Virus record (IMG/VR): IMGVR_UViG_3300031787_000438
Coordinates: 1 to 35,228 of that record
From: a virus
Lineage: Duplodnaviria; Caudoviricetes
Strand: one strand, 5' to 3'
DNA length: 35,228 nt
Positions 1-7,200 of this stretch are shown here, one piece after another. A program made the position numbers and the translations under genes. The notes under the pieces were generated by a model that was not told the DNA's origin, made no database searches, and was given only the letters and a program-made list of their open reading frames with translations. Each line of letters opens with the position of its first letter. Within the stretch, counting starts at the first letter, position 1.

Positions 1-32
1 CGCCAAGCCCTCGCAGCACTGGAGGGGAAGTG

Positions 33-230
33 ATGACCCCGACACAAGAGGCGCGCGACCTTGTTTGGCTGGTGCTTAACGCAAGTCCACGAAGCAACAT
101 GGACGATCTGGCTCGCGGCGTTCAAGCGATTATTGACGCCGCAGAGGAGCGCGGTAAAAGGATGGCGCTGGAGACGGCTGCGAGAACCCGCCCGCCAGAG
201 GAGAAGCGCCATGACTGCAAAGAAAGCTAA
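33..230 (+). CDS. Hypothetical phage protein (end of a plus-strand operon)
   Basis: GGAGG RBS upstream; ATG at 33 overlaps a TGA (coupling); 65 aa with no recognisable motif. Confidence 0.55.
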   Translation: MTPTQEARDLVWLVLNASPRSNMDDLARGVQAIIDAAEERGKRMALETAARTRPPEEKRHDCKES

Positions 231-387
231 GGCCGCCGCCGAGCGCCCGAACGCCGCCGACCTTCAGACCAAAGCCGAGGCCGACAAGGATCGGTTCAAG
301 GAAATGGTGATGGCCTGGCACGCCCGCTGGCGCATGAACTTGCAGCAGGAAGCGGAGAACGAGCTGCTTGCCCTGCTTGGCCGTTGA
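211..387 (+). CDS. Hypothetical 58-aa protein
   Basis: GAGGAG RBS at 198-203 before ATG 211 (MTAKKAKAAA...); ends just before a convergent hairpin. Confidence 0.6.
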   Translation: MTAKKAKAAAERPNAADLQTKAEADKDRFKEMVMAWHARWRMNLQQEAENELLALLGR

Positions 388-405
388 CACAAATCTTGAC
401 ACAGG

Positions 406-423
406 GGGCGGAGCAATCCGCCC
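406..423. terminator. Hairpin between convergent operons, probably a bidirectional terminator
   Basis: GGGCGGA-GCAA-TCCGCCC: perfect 7-bp stem with GNRA loop, between the plus-strand stop (387) and the minus-strand stop (424). Confidence 0.6.
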
Positions 424-591
424 TCACTTCTTCTTGCGGCGCTTGACCTCACCAACCACAGCCTCGACTGCATCCTCAACCTTGCCGGCCGCACCGCCCG
501 TTGCCGCATCAGCAGCGCGCTCAACCACCGCATCGATCAGCGCCGCCTCGCCTTTGCCCAGGCCGAGCTTCTTCAACAGCCCCTTGATCAT
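424..591 (-). CDS. 55-aa basic/amphipathic protein, last gene of the lysis cassette (absent from ORF track)
   Basis: Manual translation: MIKGLLKKLGLGKGEAALIDAVVERAADAATGGAAGKVEDAVEAVVGEVKRRKKK; ATGA overlap with the upstream stop; AGGAG-rich RBS. Confidence 0.7.
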   Translation of the reverse strand: MIKGLLKKLGLGKGEAALIDAVVERAADAATGGAAGKVEDAVEAVVGEVKRRKKK

Positions 592-827
592 TCTTCTTCT
601 CCTTTAACCGGGCGCGAGCGCGCCAGATTGTCAGCCATTGACTGCATGGCCTGCGCCTGTCCGATGCCGCGGATTGACTGGATCACCAGCGGGATCGTTG
701 TGATCACCGCGCCGAAGGCTTCACCCAACCGGCCGACATGGACCATGTAAGCAGCTAGCCCGAGCAATCCGCTGCCAAGCAAGAGCAAGCCAATGAGCTC
801 GCAGAGGCGCAGCCAGCCCCGGCTCAT
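588..827 (-). CDS. Holin-like membrane protein
   Basis: 79 aa, two hydrophobic segments, charged C-terminus, coupled to the endolysin by an ATGA overlap. Confidence 0.55.
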   Translation of the reverse strand: MSRGWLRLCELIGLLLLGSGLLGLAAYMVHVGRLGEAFGAVITTIPLVIQSIRGIGQAQAMQSMADNLARSRPVKGEEE

Positions 828-1369
828 GCCTCATTGCTCGATAGCTTGCCGTTGGCCTTGACTGGCCACGGCTTCACGCTCTCCGGCGCCTGCCGGTAGA
901 ACGGGCGGCGCGCAGCCAGCAGTCGCGTCTTGGCAATCCGAGTGATGCAGACTGAATTGCTCTGGTTGCCGCCCAGCACATGATAAGCGGTGGCATCCTC
1001 GGCCACATAGAAGCCGACATGCCCGCCGCCTCCGGCGCGCTGAAACACCAGCACATCGCCAAGGCTGGCAGCCGGTGCCGGTGTCCCGAACTTGGCCCAG
1101 TTGCGCGCCCATAGCGGATTGCGCACCACCGTCTTGCCCGAACGGTGGGCAACGATCGCAGCGAACAGACCGCACCAAGCAATGTCGTCGTCAGAGTAGC
1201 CAGAGATCTCAACGCCGGCACGGTTGAGCTCGTCGCGCCAGCCAATGATCGTCTTGTTGCTACCGCGGCCGACCACTTCCTGCACGCCAAGCAGCGACAG
1301 GCTGACCTGAATGGTGAGCGGGAGCTGGCCGATTTCATCGAGCCAGGCATAGCCAACAGGTGCGCTCAT
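824..1369 (-). CDS. Endolysin, NlpC/P60-CHAP (TIGR02594-like) peptidoglycan hydrolase
   Basis: DDIAWCGLF (catalytic Cys), GHVGF (His) and LGGNQ motifs; position in the lysis cassette. Confidence 0.85.
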   Translation of the reverse strand: MSAPVGYAWLDEIGQLPLTIQVSLSLLGVQEVVGRGSNKTIIGWRDELNRAGVEISGYSDDDIAWCGLFAAIVAHRSGKTVVRNPLWARNWAKFGTPAPAASLGDVLVFQRAGGGGHVGFYVAEDATAYHVLGGNQSNSVCITRIAKTRLLAARRPFYRQAPESVKPWPVKANGKLSSNEA

Positions 1370-1557
1370 TGCGGCACCCCCTTAGCTGCGCCGTAGGCGG
1401 CCAGGATCAGCGCGATGGCAAAGAGCCCGCGCCAGACTGCGCCCCACAGCCCCTTGCCGAGATCGACGTAGAACTTCTGCGCGATCCGCTCCTCGAGCTT
1501 GCTCACGATTGCTGCGACATCTTCATCAGTTAGCGTTCGCTGTTCAGTCATTGTCAC
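1366..1557 (-). CDS. Small membrane protein (holin/antiholin-like)
   Basis: Acidic N-terminus and a single C-terminal TM segment; overlaps the endolysin start. Confidence 0.55.
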   Translation of the reverse strand: MTMTEQRTLTDEDVAAIVSKLEERIAQKFYVDLGKGLWGAVWRGLFAIALILAAYGAAKGVPQ

Positions 1558-1568
1558 AACATTCCTGG

Positions 1569-2333
1569 TTAGTTGATCGTAATGAACTGGCGGCGCGGGG
1601 TATCCCTCAGCAGATCAAGCCATGCGCCCAGCTCGGCCTGGCTGGCAGCAAAGCCTGCGGCCGGTTCGACAACGGCTCCCAGCTCGGCCTTGCTGACCTG
1701 GACCTGATTGACCGGCGAGGTGCCGTTCAATTCAATAGTCCACTGGATCCACGGCGCATCGCCGGCAATCAGCGACTGCCCGCCAGTAAAGCTGCCCACC
1801 ACAGTTGGCAGCAGCAGATCGCCCAGCACCGTGCGCGCGCCATCGGTGGCCGAGCCAGTGTCCGAGCGCTCGGTCCACCCGCCGCTCGGCGTCGTGGCAG
1901 AGACGTTGAGCTGGCACACATCGACATAGACCGCCAACGCATTGTTCTGCGTTGACATGATCGACAGCGTGCTGTGCGTCGAACCCGATACCGAATGGTC
2001 AAAGGTGTTCGCGCCAATGCCAATAGTCATCGGCGATTGCGGGTCCGAATAATAAACCACCTGCGCCGAGCAGGTCGTGGCCCCGGTCCACGTAAAGGTC
2101 GGCGCAGCCGCGTCCTCAGCGGCATACCAAATCGAACCGGCAAAGCTCGCCGCGGTGTTGACCTGCTGATACTTGGTCCAGCCCGCCGTGCCGCAGTTGT
2201 GCGTGGCCGTGCTGCCGGTCGTGACAATCGCCAGCAACAGCCCGCCCGCGCCATCGACCGCCGGTTTAGCCGGCGATATAGTTGCTGCGCTGGCTACAGC
2301 GGAGCGAGTAGCGATGGCGCGAAAGGCGGGCAT
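1569..2333 (-). CDS. Putative tail fibre-associated / receptor-binding protein
   Basis: Ala/Thr/Gly/Trp-rich beta-type composition; coupled to upstream tail genes; 17-aa repeat (SxAELGA) near the C-terminus. Confidence 0.55.
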   Translation of the reverse strand: MPAFRAIATRSAVASAATISPAKPAVDGAGGLLLAIVTTGSTATHNCGTAGWTKYQQVNTAASFAGSIWYAAEDAAAPTFTWTGATTCSAQVVYYSDPQSPMTIGIGANTFDHSVSGSTHSTLSIMSTQNNALAVYVDVCQLNVSATTPSGGWTERSDTGSATDGARTVLGDLLLPTVVGSFTGGQSLIAGDAPWIQWTIELNGTSPVNQVQVSKAELGAVVEPAAGFAASQAELGAWLDLLRDTPRRQFITIN

Positions 2334-3307
2334 CAGACCGCTTCGAGATACGTCTCAGCGGCATTGAAGCCAGCCTGGGTGAAGCGGGTAGCAGTGTTGG
2401 GATCGTTTTCAATGATATACCCGCGCGGCTCGTAGCCGCTGTTGTAGCCGCGACCGCTCGAGGAGTAGTTGGTGCCGCCGCTGCGGAAGCCAAGCTTGCC
2501 ATCAGTGATCGTGCCAGCAGCGCGCCCGCGCGCGTTCAGCACCGCCGCGCCAATGACATAGCCCACTGGCACGGTGATTGCGGCATGGGTCTGCCCGCGC
2601 TTGTGCGCCGTAGTGGTGAGGCTGACCCCGGTGCTTTCGTCCAGCACCGTTTCGTTGATCGTGGTGACTGCTCCGGTGCCGTTTGTATTGCTGGCGCTGT
2701 CGCCGGTTAGCGCGGCAGCCATGAAGCGGCTGTCCCGAAGGTCATAGTCCGCGCACATGATCTGGGAAAAAGCGCAGTTGCCGCTGGTCGAGTTGACCGT
2801 CCAATGCTGCGTGCGGGTAACGGCGGTTTGCCCGGTCGTAATTCCGGTGATCGCTGCAGCCGCAAGTTCAACCCCGCCGACATAGATCCGCATTTCGGAA
2901 TTGCAGACAATCTTGACCGCAACGCGAACGCGGGCGGAACTTGGATCAGTTGTGGATACGCGCATACCGGAAATCCACGCCGAGCCATTCCAGTATTCCA
3001 GCATACAGCCGCTGCTGTTGTAGCTCAGACGGTAGGCATTGGTCGCACCGTTATAAGCCCAGAGCGGATAACAAGAGTTTCCTGAGAGCGAGTTAGCGCG
3101 AAGTTCAAATACCCACCAAATCGTTCCACTGGCCGCAAAGACTGGGGACTCGATGTAGTTTGCCGTGGACGAACCGCCGAGAACATTGATTGCGTTGGCG
3201 ACATAGGCGCTGTCAAACCAGCCTGCGGTCGTCAGACCATCGACAACCGCCGTGCTTGAGCGAAAGAAGCCGGCGAGCGTGTTCCCGGCGTAGTAACGGT
3301 TGGGCAT
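2333..3307 (-). CDS. Putative minor tail / lectin-like receptor-binding protein
   Basis: Beta-sandwich-like composition; C-terminal NDPNTATRFTQAGFNA motif of a kind common in phage tail proteins; locally AT-richer. Confidence 0.55.
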   Translation of the reverse strand: MPNRYYAGNTLAGFFRSSTAVVDGLTTAGWFDSAYVANAINVLGGSSTANYIESPVFAASGTIWWVFELRANSLSGNSCYPLWAYNGATNAYRLSYNSSGCMLEYWNGSAWISGMRVSTTDPSSARVRVAVKIVCNSEMRIYVGGVELAAAAITGITTGQTAVTRTQHWTVNSTSGNCAFSQIMCADYDLRDSRFMAAALTGDSASNTNGTGAVTTINETVLDESTGVSLTTTAHKRGQTHAAITVPVGYVIGAAVLNARGRAAGTITDGKLGFRSGGTNYSSSGRGYNSGYEPRGYIIENDPNTATRFTQAGFNAAETYLEAV

Positions 3308-4158
3308 CAGCGAACCCCCCGAATGGTAATGGCAACATTGGCAATGGTGGTGTCAGCAACGGCGGGCGCGGTGATCCGCAGAACGTCGCCAGCGGCAAAC
3401 GCCTGGTCAATGCCGCCGCTGGTGGCAAAGGTGAAAACGCCCCCGGTCGAGATGGTTATCGTCCCGATCGCGCTGCCGTTCCTGGTGACGCTCAAGATAT
3501 AGCTGGCCAGCGGGTTGGTGCCGCAACTGCCGCGCGCCGCGGGGCTGGCAAAGTTGGCGGGGATCACAAAGGCTTCCGGCGCAACGTGGATGCAGACCAC
3601 TTCGTTGCTGGCCGGGCTCAGCGTGAAGAAGAACCCGAACGAATAGCTTGGCAGCGAGTTGGCATCGCGCATCACCACGTCGCCGTTGGCATCAAAAGCC
3701 AGCCACTTGTTTGCGCGCTCGGTCTTGTCTGGCAGCACAAAGTCGGCGCTGACGTCGCTGACCGCCAACGAGATCACCCGGCCCAGCGTCGTCTCCATCT
3801 GGCGGATCATCGCCACGATCTTCGACAGCTCGATGTTGAGGCTTTCGATCTGGAACGGCCCCGACAGCGGGAAGTCGGTCAAACGCTCAACCGGCACGTC
3901 ATGCAGGATGGTAATCACATCACCCAGCGCAGCCCCCGGTGCACCCAGAGTGATTGATCCGCCTAAATCGTTGTTGGCCCCAGCAACAGAATACTCAGTG
4001 GCATTGCCCGGCGTCGGGTTATAGGTCAAAATCGTGCCGTCGTTGTAGACCTTTAGCTCGTCCACCTCAAAAAAGGTGAACGGCACAGAAAACACAGTCT
4101 GGCCATCCGTTGCCGTGTATTGCCGGCGCGCCGCAGTGTCGTTGATCTTGAGTGCCAT
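3307..4158 (-). CDS. Tail fibre / adaptor with T7 gp17-like N-terminal anchor
   Basis: N-terminal YTATDGQTVFSVPFTFF...ELKVY...TDF...LN.EL pattern typical of podovirus fibre anchors; GGAG RBS before ATG 4158. Confidence 0.8.
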   Translation of the reverse strand: MALKINDTAARRQYTATDGQTVFSVPFTFFEVDELKVYNDGTILTYNPTPGNATEYSVAGANNDLGGSITLGAPGAALGDVITILHDVPVERLTDFPLSGPFQIESLNIELSKIVAMIRQMETTLGRVISLAVSDVSADFVLPDKTERANKWLAFDANGDVVMRDANSLPSYSFGFFFTLSPASNEVVCIHVAPEAFVIPANFASPAARGSCGTNPLASYILSVTRNGSAIGTITISTGGVFTFATSGGIDQAFAAGDVLRITAPAVADTTIANVAITIRGVR

Positions 4159-4201
4159 CGCCGGTTCTCCGTTTCCCCGGACAAACGGCAAAGCGCCTCA
4201 G

Positions 4202-4217
4202 GTCACAATGGACTAGT
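4202..4217 (-). promoter_or_regulatory. Late-promoter-like motif, copy 1 (ACTAGTCCATTGTGAC)
   Basis: Exact 16-mer shared with 16615-16630 and 20081-20096; upstream of the tail fibre gene; overlaps the TAG of the upstream gene. Confidence 0.7.
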
Positions 4218-7200
4218 CCTCGACCGCCTCAAAGGCATAGCGCTCCGCTTCGATGAAACTGTCGCGCCACCACAGCACATCGTTCAAGGGGATCGACCGA
4301 CGAATGATGCCCGCCATCTCGCGATCGGTCATGTCGTCGCCTGACATTACCCGCGTGAGGTCGGCAATCTTGCCAACTGCCGGACCACCAATGTCCGCAT
4401 AGTCGGCGTAGTTCTCGCCCTTGTTGAACGGTTCCATGCCGAGCATCGGGCGCACCCCGACGCGGCCACCCGAGAGGATCTCAAGCTTGTTCGGGATATC
4501 CTGATAAAGCCCGAGCACGCCCGAAGCATCGGCCACGCGCAGCAGCTTCTCCTCGACCGGCATCCGGTGCCATTGCTGGTCATCAGTCTTGAGGTTCTGC
4601 GCCACCCAGGCCAGCCCCATGATTATCGCCAGCCCTGCCACCGGAGACTGGTCGCGCCCCTGCAGGGCCGAGAGCGTCACCTTGTTGATGGCGGCAAAGC
4701 CATACTGCATGAACTGGAACGGCATAGTCAGCAGCGGAAACTCGCGGCCAGCAATGAAGCCCTTGGCGATCATCGGCACATCGGCCGGGCCAGCGGTCGG
4801 GACAATGCGGCGGCTCATGCCCGTCACGGCAGTCAGGTAACGCGTCGCAAGATCCCCATCGCTCCACTCGCCCACGTTGGGCAGATACATCTGGCCTTGC
4901 CGTTCGACCGGCATTTCCTGCACGATCCGGCGCGCATCGTCAGCCGATAGCCCGTAACTGGCAAGCCGTTCAGCCAGCTTGGCATCGCCGGTCTGCACCA
5001 GCTTGGCCATATCCTCGATCATGAACTGGTTGATGAAGGTAAGGTTGAGGCGCTTGGTAATGTCAGTGATTGCGGCCAGCCCGTTCAGCAGGAAGTAAGG
5101 ACCGTTGACGAAGTTGGTGCCCTTCTGCGCCAGGCGGCCAACCTTGCCGGTCGCGGCGCCCAGCGGCCCGCCCTGCTCGACAAAGCGGTCCATCACGCTC
5201 GACAGCACCATGTCGAAGCCTTCGCCAGTCAGGCGGGCCAGCTCTCCCGAGATCTTGCCCCATGCTTCGCGGTTGCCAAGAATATCCAGCGCAAAGCCAA
5301 AGGTCCGCATGAAGCCGTTGACCATGATCCCACGGCCAAGCTCAGGCACAGACGACAGCGCCGACCGCCCCAGCGAAGTGACTGTGCCATAAGCGCGCAA
5401 GCCAGCGGCAATGCGGCGCTTGTTCATCATGGCTGGATCGGTCGAATAGATTGCGCCCGTCACCGTGTCGCGCAGCTCGCCCATGTCTTGCCGCAAGCGG
5501 CCCAGCTGCGCCTCGGCATTGGCCAAGTCAGCAAACTGAAGCTCGCGCGCTGATTGCAGGATCACATCGTCGATCGCGTCCTCGGCATCGAACGTGCCGA
5601 ACTTGCGACTGAACTCCTGCACCAGCCCGAAGCGGTGCGCATAGTTGCGCACGATATGCTCAACGTCCGTGACCAGAAAATCAGCCACCAGCTCGTTGGG
5701 AATGTCGATCTTGCGGCTCGACAAGAAGCTGGCCCCGCCGCCCTTCATGATCTGCATTTCGCCAAGCTCGGCCTCGCGCATGATCTGGCTCACCGCTTCT
5801 TCCGCGCGGCGCATGATCGCCCCGTCATTCATCGACGCGCCCGGCAGCGGGTTCTTCTTGAACCAGTCGAACAGGATTTGCGTGAGGCGCTGCGGATCCT
5901 GCCGCACCTGGTCAATGTCCCAGACGCGGCTGATATAGTTGGCCTCGTTCTTCGGGCCTTCGTAGCGGTCAATCGCCCCGGCCAGGCGCTGCTCGAGCCG
6001 GTCAAGGTAATCGCGCTGCTTGCCGGTCAGGAAGCTGGTGCCATCCGCCTTGGCATCAAGGTCGATTGCTTTGCCGGTGATGGCATCGGTCGCTTTCCAG
6101 CGCCCCGCCGGGATCACAACATCGCCATCGGTCTTGGCAAACGCCTCGCCCATTGTCTCAGGATCGAGTTTGGGCAGCGCCGCGGTGTCAATCTCGAACA
6201 CGACCGCGCCGCGCACATCGCGAGCCGACGATGCGCTAGCCTGGGTAGGATCAAGTGGACGCGCGATGAAATCGTTTACATCAAGCTGCGCGCCATTCCG
6301 CTTTGCCAGCTGGTCAATTGCAGCCAGCACATCGCGCTGCCGCTGCGTTGCGTGCTGGCTAATGTCGATTGCATACTGGTCCGAGTAATTGCGAAGCAGC
6401 ACATATTTGTCGAGGCCGGCAGCGGCATCGGCGCCAGCCTCCTGCCCAGCCCGAGTATAAGCCTCGGCCAATGCGCCAGCAAACCCGGCGTGATCACCGC
6501 GGCCTTCGTCAAAGTTCAACTCCCAAATGCGCCCCTTGGGATCGATAACTGCGGCAAACAGATTATCTTGGCGCACCTTGGTAGGATCAAACAAATCCGC
6601 CGGACGCAAGCGTTTGCTATGCTTGAGGACCGCTTCATCAATCGGATCCATTTGGTTGAGAGCAGCTTGACTTGCATCCGGGTTTGCTGGTCCCCCGCGC
6701 GTGGCATAATCGGCGGCCAGGTTGCGCTCAGCAGCAAACGACACGCCCTGCTGCTTGCCCCCGAAGTTCTCGCTCGGTCGCAGCACAAGGTTGCCATCGG
6801 CATCAACAAAGGTGGTGAGATCCTCGCGCGTCCCATGATAGACGGTCGCGCCGATCTTGGCGTCAGGGTTATAGCTGAAGTCGAACCCGTCGAGCTGGGC
6901 CATTGCTTCCTGTGCCCGCGCGTCAACCCCGGCCAGCGCCTCGCGCAGTCGCTGTTGCAACATCTGCTGAGCCGGCGAACCACCGCCATCGTTCGACCAG
7001 ATGCGCTCGGCAATGTCGTCGCGATAAGCGCGCTCACCATCGGTCAGCCCAATCTGTTCCTCCTTCTGGTTGAAGTAGGCCAGCAGCTTCTCGTCCTTGT
7101 CGATGCGCGCGGCAATCGTCGCCTGCACATCGGCCAGCAATTGCTCGGTGTCCTCGCGGCGCTTCTCGCCCTTGGCAAGCAGGTCGTTGCGGGTCGCCTC

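Noticed and set aside
1553-1559. TTGTGAC partial match to the late motif upstream of the lysis genes
   Set aside because: Lacks the GTCCA core and lies at the start codon rather than about 36 nt upstream of a plausible transcript start
1627-1697. Direct DNA repeat CCCAGCTCGGCC 51 nt apart
   Set aside because: Explained by an in-frame 17-aa protein repeat (SxAELGA) in the tail protein
1569-4158. Diversity-generating retroelement targeting the tail fibres, as in BPP-1
   Set aside because: No reverse transcriptase and no TR/VR pair differing at adenines was seen in the window
6215-6690. Intein within the large ejection protein
   Set aside because: No N-terminal C/S block, no C-terminal HN-C/S/T, no LAGLIDADG motif
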